Positions 12,459 through 24,725 of a stretch of 64,000 nucleotides of DNA are shown in pieces. Both the position numbers and the translations under genes were made by a program. This DNA comes from Octopus bimaculoides. Lineage: Eukaryota. The DNA is taken from positions 7,574,575-7,638,574 of the forward strand of contig NC_068983.1 in NCBI RefSeq assembly GCF_001194135.2, in the 5' to 3' direction. Under the pieces are notes generated by a model, which was not told the DNA's origin, did not search any database, and saw nothing but the letters and a program-made list of their open reading frames with translations. How positions within the stretch are numbered: position 1 is the stretch's first letter; each line of letters opens with the position of its first letter.

Positions 12459-12851
12459 TAGGCATAGGAGTGGCTCTGTGGTAAGTAGCTTGCTTACGAA
12501 CCACATAATTCCGGGATCAGTCTCACTGCATGGCACCTTGGGCAAGTGTCTTCTACTATAAACTCGGGCCGACCAAAGCCATGTGAATGGATTTGGTAGA
12601 CGGAAACTGAAAGAAGCCCATCGTATATATGTATATGTATGTATGTATGTGTGTGTATATGTTCGTCTCCCCAACATCACTTGACAACCGATGCTGGTAT
12701 GTTTACGTCCCTGTAACTTAGTGGTTCGGCAAAATAGACCGATAGAATAAGTACTGGGCTTACAAAGAATAAGTCCTGGGGTCGATTTGCTCGACTAAAG
12801 GCGGTGCTCCAGTATGGCCACAGTCAATTGACTGAAACAAGTAAAAGAGAG
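12459..12851 (+). mobile_element. SINE family A, full length, with a duplicated 5' stub at 12432-12454
   Basis: Family consensus; an extra taggagtggctgtgtggtaagta immediately upstream. Confidence 0.9.
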
Positions 12852-13514
12852 TATTTGTATTTAACTTTTTTATATTGTCTCTCTTTTAGTCAGGGAAGAA
12901 GGCATCGTCCATGACCAGTTTAAAAGGCCTACAAGACTGGTGGTAAGGAAGGGGTTAGGTATCCTCCAACTGAAACCCTGGCTCGTATGCATCCAACACA
13001 GTAGATTCCATCCACCAAAGGCACTGAAGGCATAAGGAGGTAGTGTTACATCAGATAACTAATGAAATCAACCACTCAAATGGGATAAGGTTGAATTTGA
13101 ACTCAAAACGCAAATACTGCGATGCATCCATTCCAACGTTCTTATCGTTCAACGGCCTTTGATCGATACATTTTATCAACCCTGATTGGATGAAAATCAA
13201 ATTATTCCATTCAGTATTTTCTCTCGTCATAAGTGTTCATAACAAATCGCTGTGGCGAGGAGTTATCTCCCTTGACATACGATTACATAAAAAAAAAAAA
13301 AAAAATAGCACCTGTCGTCCGAAGTTAAAAGTTCGTTTCACTTCAGCTACTTCACTGATGCTTATGGACGAAGTATGACCACCACAAGTTCGGGCATCTC
13401 TTCATACATAATGGCTATATATGACTATGTTAAAAGATATTTCTAGTGATAAATTACTTTCAACAGGAAGAAGAATTCGCGTACTTGATTAAAATGTGAA
13501 AATGTGAGAGATGA

Positions 13515-13889
13515 CTCTCTCTTTTACTTGTTTCAGTCATTTGACTGCGGCCATGCTGGAGCACCGCCTTTAGTCGAGCAAATCGACCCCAGGACTTATT
13601 CTTTGTAAGCCTAGTACTTATTCTGTCGGTATCTTTTGCCGAACCGCTAAGTTACACCAGCATCGGTTGTCAAGCGATGTTGGGAGGACAAACACAGACA
13701 CACACACATATATATATACATATACATATATACGACGGTCTTCTTTCAGTTTCTGTCTACCAAATCCACTCACAAGGCTTTGGTCGGCCCGAGGCTATAG
13801 TAGAAGACATTTGTCCAAGGTGCCATGCAGTGGTGCTGAACCCTGAACCATGTGGTTGGTAAGCAAGCTACTTACCACACAGCCACTCC
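13515..13889 (-). mobile_element. SINE family A, near full length
   Basis: Family consensus, reverse orientation. Confidence 0.9.
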
Positions 13890-15599
13890 CGAGTGGTAAT
13901 TTTTTAATTTTATCTATTTCAATCGTTGGAATGACTGGGGCACATCTTGAAGGATTATGTCGAACAAATCTTAATGTTTAGTACTTATTCTATTCGTTTA
14001 CTATTCTATATTTTTGGGATGAGGAATTATGTACATTATTTACAATGGATGGATAAGGTGTCCTCATCTTGTTTGTTGTTACCACTTATCCATCCATTGT
14101 AAATAAGGTTCTATTCGTTTGTTTAGCCAAATCGATGTGTAAACGACCCAACAACAGTTCGTCATGCAGCGGAGAGGGGACAAACACAAACACACAACAG
14201 GGCTTCCACACACTTTCTACCTACCAAATTCATTCACAAAGCGACATTCAGACCAAGACTAAAATAAGACACTTACCCAAGGTGCCACAGACAATGGGAC
14301 CGAACCTGAAACTACACAGTTGCAAAGCAACCTTCTTAACCACATAACCATGCTTGTTTCAGCAGCTGACCTATTTCTGATATTTTCAATTGCCCTAATG
14401 GTCAAGCATACGCATCTACACTTTTGACCATTATCATGCGTCCTATTCGTGGATCTACACTTACTTCTACACTGAATTCAAACTGGGGAACTTAATTTGT
14501 AAAGAAGTAATAATGTTACCACCTGATGATGACCAGTTTATCACCAAGTTAAAAACTGTACTCTGCAGAGCAGAAGCTTCCCAAAAAGTACGTCTAAGAC
14601 GTATTTACTTATTAATCCACAAGCATCTATCGTTAAAGTCCATTTTTCCATGCTGGCATAGGTTTGATGGTTCGATAGGAGCTCACAAACCAGAGGACTG
14701 CACCAGCACTGGTGAAATCTGTTTGGCATAGATTTTGCAGCTGAACGCCCTCCCTAATGCCAACCACTTTACATAGTGGTCTGGGGGCTTTTTACATGAC
14801 ACCAGCACTGGTGAGGTAGCATAATGATGAGGTCCTATCAAATAATCCCATGGCAACATCAGGCCATATCTGAACACTACCATTACATTCTGAGTTCAAA
14901 TTCCACCGAGGTTGACTTTGCCTTTCATGCCTTCGGGGTCAATTAAATAAGTACCAATTATGCACTGGGGTGTCTGTCCTTGTTTGTCCCCTCTATGTTT
15001 ATTCCTTTGTGAGCAATAAAGACAGATGATGATGATGATATTAGTCTTGTGTTCAGTCCCATTGTGCCCAGGACTGACCAAAGCCATGACAGTTTGTTTG
15101 GTAAATGGAAACTAAAACTATATATATATATATATATATATAAAGTCAAAACTTACTTGCAAATGGACCACCCCTTAATGTCCATTTTCCATACATACAT
15201 ACATACATACATACATACATCAACAAAATATATGCACACACACATGAATTCTTCAAAGCTCTGATGAGATAACTGGAGAAAAATTTTACTCACCAGTGGT
15301 ACCTAATTCAACATCTGAAAGAGATAAAAAACAAAATTTTTACTACTTGATATTCCTATTCTGAAACAATAACATTGAGATTTATATTCTTTTACATGTC
15401 TTCTGCTAATACATATTGATTAGAAAGGTGTCTGCAACTTTGTATATTTGCACATTATTGTTACATAAATTGCTATTACAACAAGATGAAAATCGATGGG
15501 ATGGCCATTGCCAGAACACCAACAACCAAATATCTACTGAATCAGGAGTAATGGTGACCCAGAAGTGGGATCAAACAACACTAGTGTAACAATACTCAC

Positions 15600-15775
15600 C
15601 GGCAGTTGGTGTCTGTGATACAACAACAAGATTTTGATTTCCTATAGCGGTAAGTACAAACTTGTGCTCCTTGGGAACTCCCAATCCTGCAGGGTCGTCT
15701 GTTCTTTGTGGCGCTTCAGGGCGAGCGAGAGCGTCACCCAATGTAAAAATCACCTCAGGTTTTGAACCAACGATT
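15600..15775 (-). CDS. GTF2F2: TFIIF beta coding exon 3
   Basis: ctag acceptor; (R)IVGSKPEVIFTLGD...VPKEHKFVLTAIGNQNLVVVSQTPTA; donor gtgagt; 176 nt, phases fit both neighbours. Confidence 0.92.
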
Positions 15776-16905
15776 CTAGTGACAGAAAAAACAAAAGAGA
15801 AAATGTTTACAAATCATACAGTTTAGTAACCAAGTTTCTTCTTAGTTGCTATATCACATTTAACGTATACGTCTACGTCTATGCACTTGTAGTGTGTATG
15901 CACCAATATAAATGTCTATGAGTGTGTGTGTGTGTGTGTGTGTGCACCTGAATATCATTTATGCATATGTATCCCTATATGTATATGCATGTTTGTTTGT
16001 ACAAGAATGTCTGCATCTACAACAGCACTTATAGATGTATGTGTACATGGAAATATGCACAAATGCTTGTGTCTATGTTAGTGTATGTATGTGCCTGCAC
16101 ATATTTATATTATCTTTGGGGTTTGCATAATTCACCTTTGGAAACATGGATGTTTTGCTCAACATCCTTAAGCAAACCTTGATCAGAGCCTTGTGAGTGG
16201 ATTTGGGAGATGAAAACTGAAAGAAGCCCATCGTGTGTGTGTATGTTTGTGTCTCCTTGTGTTCACATTGCATGATGAATTAAAGCATTTCGTTTTCAAT
16301 ATTCAGCAAAAACATGTCTGACCATGGGGAAATATTGCCTTGCTTGAAAGCAGGTAAAGATTGGCAATAGAAAGGGCATCTAGCTGTAGAAAATCTGCGC
16401 CCCATGCAAGCATGGTAAAGTAGACGTTAAAACGGAAAAAAAAAGTGACTGTTTCAAGGGACATAACCAGGTAAACACTAATTGTCAAGCCGAGACAAGC
16501 AAAGACAAGATATTAAGATAGACAAAAAAACCAAACACATAGATGTCGCACACAGACATTTATGTGACGAACTTCCTCACAGTTTCTATAAATAAACAAC
16601 CACTCATATGGTATTGTTCGGCCAGGACTATAGTAGAAGACACTAGTCCAAGAAGGCAAGCATTGAGACAAAACTTGAAACCACATGGTTTCATAGAAGA
16701 CTTCTTAATAAATTCCTTTTTGATAGAATATCATTCTTTTGTAGTGTATGAAAATAGAATCGTTTAGAAGTTAAATAATTCAAAGATGCCAACTTCAAGA
16801 AAAACAATAATTAAGTTGGTGTTAATATATTTAATAATAGGAACATTAAAAACTCAATAGCGAGGAGAAAACGAAGTTAGTCAATGACTGAGGTTATTTC
16901 AATGG

Positions 16906-16999
16906 GAGACAATTCTACATGTTCTAGTCTTTCTATATTCTCAGCTAAACATGAGACAATTCTACATGTTCTAGTCTTTCTATATTCTCAGCTAAACAT
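16906..16999. repeat. Perfect 47-bp tandem duplication
   Basis: gagacaattctacatgttctagtctttctatattctcagctaaacat x2. Confidence 0.95.
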
Positions 17000-19900
17000 A
17001 TACTCAATTCTTAATCTAATGAAGAACAATAATTCTCAATTTAATGATAAATGAATCATTAATTAAATGAACATAGGTTGATATGGAAAATATGATCTTT
17101 TAAGAAAATGAATATAGTTGATTTCGTTTCTATTGAGAAAAACAAGGAATATTACAGCAGTTAACAGTACAAACAAATGAGGAGAGAATGAAGCTCTCTC
17201 TCAATGAAAATTGTCCTTGGAAACAAAGCCTGTATTTCTAGAGCAGGACTAAAGACTGAAAGAAACTGAAAATTCCAACGTATTGTTTTAGGTGGGAGCA
17301 AGCTTTGAAGAACTCTGTGATGATAGGTCAGGGAATAAATGTTATCAGACATGTTGTTTAGCCCCAGGTCAGTACTGATACAGTACACTGAAGATGAAAG
17401 TGATTCAAGCCATAACTGACCTCCATTAGGAGTAGCTGTGTGGTAAGAAGCTTGCTTCTCACCTATACAGTTTTGAGTTCATCCGCACTGTGTGTCACCT
17501 TGGACAAGTGTCATATACTGTTACTATAGCTCTGGGATAACCAAAGCCTTGAGAGTAGATCTGGTAGATGGAAACTGAAAGAATCCTATTGTGTGTGTGT
17601 GTGTACATATATATGCAGGTGCGTGTTCGTTGCTGTCCCCTTGTCTTGACATGATGCCGTAATAGTAAAAGAGTCTCACTATCACACAAACTTTTCATTT
17701 GCTTCAATTAAAAATCTCTTACGAGCAACAGAAGCGGTATTAGACCAAAACAACCATTTGTGTATCATACTTAAAATCCAACTGCATCATGAATAAACAA
17801 CTTAACTGTAGTAGTCGTCTTGAGGAAGATTTAGTTAGTGAGGGATATGGACTGCATAGAGGCTTTTTCTTTGGCTCAGTAATGTCTTAACTGAAGGAAG
17901 GTCACCATTCCGGCTATGAGTGATATAATTCGTTATATGAACAATAATTGGACGATCTAGAGCAGTGGTTCTCAACCATTTTTTGCATATGGACTCCTTT
18001 GAATACTACCTTGCTTGTGCAAACCCCAGTTGAGAATTACTGATTGAGACTATCTGAAACTGCTTTACAACAAAACTACTTTTTTTGCTCTCTTCAAAAA
18101 GAAGTGAACTTCAATGCTTATATTAAACATCCAAGAGGCCTTGGTATCTGATCTAATGTGTCATCATCATCATCATCATCGTTTAACGTCCGCTTTCCTG
18201 CTAGCATGTGTTGGACGATTTGACTGATGACTGGTGAAACCAGATGGCTGCACCAGGCTCCAATCTGATTTGGCAGAGTTTCTACAGCTGGATACCCTTC
18301 CTAATGCCAACCACTCCGAGAGTGTAGTGGGTGCTTTTACGAGCCACCAGCACCAAAGAACAAAAGGCCGAAGAAAAATGAAGAAAAATGCACTCAACAC
18401 CAGAGCTGAAGACACTTCCGAAAGGATGGGGCCCCGCCATGTTGAAAACGGTAGAGGAGTAGGGGCCGAAACAGGACGTAGTTCCTCCTGACGATGTCTT
18501 TAGCCACTGGATCCTATAAAGGAGCTTTTGAGGTAGCAGACCACGAAACGTGATTGGAATTCTTTACTAGTAGTCAAATGCAGCCTCATTTCTATCTCTC
18601 TCTAGCTGCCCCATTCTTGATGAATCAAGGACTGGGAGGGTGCCTATGTTTACATACTACACAGGTACCTAAAGCAATTAGTAAAAGCATGGTATACGCT
18701 ACCAAATCATACTTGATTACACAAGGAAAAACTGTAGTTTAATTTAGATCATATCAATGTTTCTTGTCGATCTATCAAAGGTACAACATGTCTAAAGAGC
18801 CCAAAAACAACAACAATAATCATACCATTAAAAACACATTTCTAAAATAACCACAATCTTCTGGAGATTAACAGGTATTTATTTTATTGACCTCGATGGA
18901 ATTTGAGCTTAGAATGAAACCAAATATCATTAGGCATTTGGGTCATCACTTAAACAATCTGAAAAGCTGCCCACTGTGCTAGATTAAGCATTCTTAGACA
19001 TCAAACTGAAAGTGTACACTAACAACCATCACAGTGATTGTAACGGTTTCTAACACATGTTCAAGACCCTCTATTTTTGAAGAGGCGGACGATCACTGAT
19101 ATTGACATTAATATTTCACAGGTATTTTATTTTATTGACACTCAAAGATGAAAGGTAAATTCAATACATTTGTTTATTTTTATGTCTCTTTTCTGCATAC
19201 TAGCATGGGGTAGATCAGTTGTTCTCAACTATTTTTTGCCTATGGACCACTTCACTTCCTATTTTACTTAAGTGCGTCGTCAGAGCCATTCGATGTTTAA
19301 AAAATCGTAACATATTTTGAATATAATTGAATATTATTGGGAATTGTATAAAAAAAAAAAACTGTTCAAATATTTTGTGTATTGGTGAAGTATAACAAAA
19401 TTTATTGCACATAAATTTTAACAGTAAAATCATAAGTGGACCCCTAAGGGTTAGATAAATGTGTTATTGAAGTATTTTACAGCTGGATGGCCTCATCATC
19501 ATCATCGTTTAACGTCCGCTTTCCATGCTAGCATGGGTTGGATGATTTGACTGAGGACTAGTGAAAATAGATGGCTACACCAGGCTCCAATCTGATTTGG
19601 TAGAGTTTCTACAGCTGAATGCCCTTCCTAATGCCAACCACTCCAAGAGTGTAAACTCTTATTTGTTTTACAAGAATCTTGTTTCACGCATCTCTGAAAG
19701 TGCAAAGTCAGTAGGCAATTTGTTGATAGATAAACGACAACAACATTGTAGCTGATATTTAGTGAGGTGCAATTGTAAACAAACACACACACAAAAGGCT
19801 TCTGTCAGTTTCCATCTATCAAATCCCTTTGCAAAGTTTTGATCAGCATTTGTCTATACTAAAAAACACTTGGCCAGGGTGCCACACTGTGGTATTAAAC

Positions 19901-20151
19901 TTGAAACAATGTGGTTGGGATGAGAACTTTTTTAACCAATAAGCCATGCCAACACTTTCTTGACAAAACATGAGTTCAGAACATAAAATGGCAGAGTTAA
20001 ATACTGCAAAGCAATTTGCTGTCACTCTTAACAATATGGCAAACTTCACTCTTGTGTCGAGTAGATCAGTCTAAGGCTCCACCCGATTGATGATCTATTT
20101 TAGTAATCACCATAATAGTAAATAGTAAGAAAAGCAAGTTCCTCAACTTAC

Positions 20152-20231
20152 CTTGATCTAGTAATCTTCAGTTTTCCCACCTCACAACTACAGGGAGCCT
20201 TCCTCCATTTCTCCGACAAATACTTGGGAAC
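20152..20231 (-). CDS. GTF2F2: TFIIF beta coding exon 2
   Basis: tttcag acceptor; VPKYLSEKWRKAPCSCEVGKLKITRS; donor gtaagt; 80 nt. Confidence 0.95.
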
Positions 20232-21188
20232 CTGAAAATAAAGATAAATAATAAATAATAAATCATAGAGCTATGAAGGATCAACAGCATTAATATTGAA
20301 GAAGTTGAACGATGTTAAAATTTTGTCATCACGATAACATCACACTAGACATGCTAAGCAACATCGTTACATATAGGAACCGAGGATTTATCATCATTTT
20401 TTTAACATTCATTTTTCTATGTTTGCAGAGGTCAGACAATTTTTTGAGGTAGATTTTCCACAGCTGGATGCCCTTCATGTCGCCAGACTTCATCTGTTTC
20501 CACATGGCCAGACATATTTTCGCAGAATACTGGAAATACATGACAATGCTTGTATGTCACTCATAACTATCGCATGACATCAAGACAAGGACACACACTC
20601 TCACATATGTATACAATGGATTTCTTTTAGTTTCCATCTACCAAATCCACCAACGAGGCTTCGGTAGGCTTGGAGCTATAATAGAAGACACTTATCTAAG
20701 GTGCCATGCAGTAGGACTGAACCTGAAACCATGTGGTAGGTAAGTAAACTTCTCAACACACAGCTACACCTGTGTGTGTATATATACACTACTTAGCCAG
20801 ATTAAGAAGAGCAGCGTCCAGAGGCTCCAACTGTGGTTGCAAAATTTATCCTCAAACCGGAAACACGATCTCGATGTTTACAGTGCAAGTGAACTCCGTT
20901 TCAGCAGACACGAAAACACCAAGTCTCAGCTAAGGTTTACAATATAAATAAACAAATACGGATTTGAAAACAATGTGACTTTTGTACGAGGGTAGTGAGA
21001 GAAAGATTGCATGTTTAGCATGACTAAAGTTTAGTAATGTAAGACTTCAGACATGTTATGTTTCTATCCTTTTGTCTACTATTTAATCACTTTTGCTATA
21101 GTATTATTATATCCTAATTAAGTGTCAAACCAAGCAGTGATCCACTTACGAATCAATACTTTGACATTTTATAATATACAATACTCTT

Positions 21189-21229
<41 letters not shown>

Positions 21230-21702
21230 CACAATATAGTATAATAGATCCATTTCACCAAATGGTTTGGCACATGAGATTATAGGCACCCCCCCCCCAA
21301 TCTAGGCGTTCGGGAGTTTGCTGACCAAAGATGAACAAAACAGATTCGTCATATCAGTTGAAACGGATCTATATAACTATGGTTATATAGATCTGTTTAG
21401 ATCTATATAACTATACAGATAGATTGCCGTCATTTAATTAGTAGAAATAAATTGATTGGCCGGAAAAGAGAAAGAAAAATCAAATGGTCTGGATAAAAGA
21501 ACCTTCGCTGATGAATGTTTTTAGCCGATAGATATGTTAACTAAATAATCCAACTTTTGAATGGTCAGATAAATAGTCTCTGCTCCTGTTCAAACTTTGA
21601 CCACTTTCTAGATGTACTGTTTGAAATTTGCATAACAAACAGAGCGAAAGATGTCTCACACCAAGTGGCACATTATAACTAATCTTGTTTGATTTATGGA
21701 TA

Positions 21703-21740
<38 letters not shown>

Positions 21741-21779
21741 CATAGATGTATGATAGTTTGTGGAAGGAATTTTACTTAC

Positions 21780-21851
21780 TTTAACCAGCCAAACACCACG
21801 GCCAGCAGCCGTTAGATCGACCTCTTTGGTTTCATGTCCAATTTCACTCAT
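21780..21851 (-). CDS. GTF2F2: TFIIF beta (RAP30) coding exon 1
   Basis: ATG at 21851; MSEIGHETKEVDLTAAGRGVWLVK matches the RAP30 N-terminus (GVWLVK); donor gtaagt; 72 nt, phase 0. Confidence 0.95.
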
Positions 21852-22240
21852 AACTAGTTGATATGTATGTAAAGATTATATTTATCTGCAATCACTATAT
21901 CCAGAACAATGCTGGATGTGAAGAATTTCTTTTCAGAACACACTTTCAATACAGTTATTCGATAAAATACTCAAAGAAACAATGTCTGTGATCAAAAAGG
22001 TCTAAACAATTTCCGACATATTGAAAACATGGGGGGACAACTTTTGTTTGACTTCCTCTAATAAATGTCAAATTTTTTTTTCGTGTTTCGGTCGCGCATG
22101 CTCAAAGAGCTGTTTGCGATGATTTCGTAGATGGCGGGAATTCTATTTAAAGTGTATTCAGTATTATAACAACCTTAATTGTTGTCTAAATATATTTATA
22201 TTATATCACACTCTTGTAATAATCTACTTATTGATCAGGT
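21852..22240. promoter_or_regulatory. Putative bidirectional promoter GTF2F2/RFC4 and RFC4 non-coding exon 1
   Basis: CpG-retaining patch with ACTTCC (ETS-like, ~22051), GCGCATGC (NRF1-like, 22094), GATGGCGG/GGCGGGAA (YY1/E2F-like, 22130-22140); donor CAG|gtaaat at 22238/22239; an acceptor (ccttccctttatttcag, 24605) sits 13 nt before the RFC4 ATG. TSS positions are inferred. Confidence 0.6.
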
Positions 22241-23029
22241 AAATATATATTGCACACCTTTTATTAACAAGTTGTTTGATATAATAAGTTTAATTGCTAT
22301 TCTGCAGAACAATATAACTTTCGTTGAAGCATGTATAAATGTTTTATTTTCGTATATTTTGATCAGTGTTAATGAATTAAAATTTATAAATATACCAGCG
22401 CTTAGATTATTGTTATTTTGTTGTTGTTTAGCTCTAAATTACCCCGATTGAGCAAACTTACAGTGATCAAATGCGTCACAGTCGCGACAATTCTATAAAG
22501 TGTTTCTGTTTGTGTTCCTGTGCTTTTTTGAAAAGACAGTATGGATCGATTTGATGAAGATTTGGCTGCTGTTTCTAATAGGTTGAATTACTAAATGGAG
22601 GCAGGCTTGATGATCCAAGCTTCGGCATGAACTACTAGTACATAGTAACGAGTCAACGCCACTATAACTAACTTAACACTAGAGGTAGAAATAGTGGTAA
22701 CCAAAATCTCCTTCATGTCGCTGTTGTCTTTAAAATAAAAAAGATGCATCGAATAATGTACTATGTATGAGAAAGAAAAAAAAAATATCTAATTTATCAG
22801 GGCTGAACAAGGACTAAATAATTCTACACAATAAAGGGAAAAGGGCGTGGGAAAGAGAACCATACTACTCCTATGGAAAACATTCGTTCTCAGTCGCCCG
22901 GTTACTGTTCCCATTTGAGGTTGCCCTGTTACTGTTCCCATTTGAGGTCGCCGCAGAGCGTCAAATAGCGGAACATGGAGCAATCCCAACATGGCCTCAT
23001 CCTCTGGCTGAAACCTGTAAAAAATGAAG

Positions 23030-23352
23030 GAATGTCATTACCAGTAAAGGGACCCCCTTCGATCATGGCTGATCATGTGATTGCTCCTAGAATGTTCGTC
23101 TCCGAAGCACAAGTCCGAGCAAGGTTGTTTATGGAAGACCATGCATACCAACCTCCCCTCTCCATGCCAATGATGTTATCCAAGGGAAAGACAAAGGGGC
23201 CGATACAGCTTGGCACCAGTGACATCACAACACATTTCTACAACTGAGTGAACTGGAGCAACATGAAATAAAGTGTCTTGCTCAAGAACACAACACACAT
23301 CCCGGGCTAAGAATTGAACTCACTACCTCATGATTGAGAGCCCAACGCTCTA
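23030..23352 (-). mobile_element. tRNA/CORE-like SINE family E
   Basis: Minus strand: tRNA-like head AGAGCGTTGGGCTCTCAATCATGAGGTAGTGAGTTCAATTC, then TTGAGCAAGACACTTTATTTCATGTTGCTCCAG core-like block. Confidence 0.65.
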
Positions 23353-24072
23353 AACACAGCCCTTTAGTTTAATCATATATTATTTGCTTATTTTCATGGT
23401 CCACTATTCGAGGGAGGGTCCTCAGGCACCCTCTCAGTGATGTCTTGTTAGAAGCAACCGTTATTACATTTTCCTACTGGATTCCCAGGCACGATCTACT
23501 GAAACTATGAATGTTATCCAGCTATCTCATTATGTCTACCACTAAGTCACCAGCTTGCCAGTTGGTTTGGCTTGAAGAATATGTCTTGTGATCCTTTCCT
23601 GTGGCATTATAACTACATGTCCATAATGCTGGAGCTGTGACATTTCAGTTCAGAGAAGTATCTGTCAGACCTGGAGTGACGCCTTGATCTCTGAGTTGCT
23701 CACCCTTTTGGGTAATGTTACTCCAGAGATCTTTCAAAAGAACCCCATTTTGGCTGCTTGTATTCACAATCATACTCTTTTGGACATTACCCAACATTCA
23801 TAAATGTGAGAAAGGTTCAAAAACTGAATGAAAGTTGCATGTTTGGCTTGTTTATCAACCTATCTTTTGAGGATTTAATGCTGAAGCTGGTGTATTACTG
23901 TACAAGCAACTGCAAATTTTTTTGATATGTATGAAAAAAAGGCAGGCTGTTGATGAATTTTAAGACAGCATTGCATACAACTCACATTATTATGTACTAT
24001 CACATATTACAAATAGACAAGGAGTAACACTACTTGCTGGGCATTTTTCTCCAAGTTAATTTTATATATATA

Positions 24073-24186
24073 TATATTTATATAAGGGCATTACTGTACA
24101 ATAACACCTCACGCCATGAGGGACTCTAAGGTCAGACTACTATGGCGTGAGGCGTTATTGTATAGTAATGCCCTTATATAAATATA
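24073..24186. repeat. 45-bp inverted repeat with a 24-nt loop
   Basis: Arms 24073-24117 and 24142-24186 differ at 2 positions. Confidence 0.95.
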
Positions 24187-24618
24187 AAAATATATATTTC
24201 GGGAATAAATGATGGATTTTTTCCCTTATGAGGTTTTTTCACGCTAGCTACTTGATAAATTCTTGTAAAAGAATTCGTCCTATTATTGAATTTATATATA
24301 TATATATATATATTATCTCATCTACTTAGCTGAGAGGGCTTTTCCCTTTTAGCTGGTCTTGTCTTTCTTGGCAATCTCAGCAATGCCAGTGACATGAAAA
24401 GAGCACCCAGTACACATTGTAAAGTAGTTAGCATTAGGAATGGCACCCAGCCATAGAAAACATGCCAAAGCTGAACTTGGCCTTGGAGATTGCCAGATAC
24501 TCTCAAACCTTCCAACACATGTCAGCATGGAAAACAGACATTAATTGATTATGATAATGAGTGACAATGCTTTAAGTAACTAATGAGACCTTCCCTTTAT
24601 TTCAGTGCTGTTAACACA

Positions 24619-24725
24619 ATGCATGCTTTTCTCAAGCCTGGAAGTTCTGGTTTCATCAAGAAAAAAGAGAAGCCTGTATCAACAGAAACGACCAAAGATT
24701 CACATATACCCTGGGTAGAGAAATA
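24619..24725 (+). CDS. RFC4: Replication factor C subunit 4 coding exon 1
   Basis: MHAFLKPGSSGFIKKKEKPVSTETTKDSHIPWVEK(Y), RFC box II PWVEKY; donor gtaagt; 107 nt. Confidence 0.94.

Noticed and set aside
24148-24166. let-7 resemblance (UGAGG...UUGUAUAGU) in the hairpin arm
   Set aside because: The seed differs (GAGGCGU vs GAGGUAG), the spacing is shorter, it is on the 3' arm, and there is no miR-100/miR-125 cluster; likely coincidence
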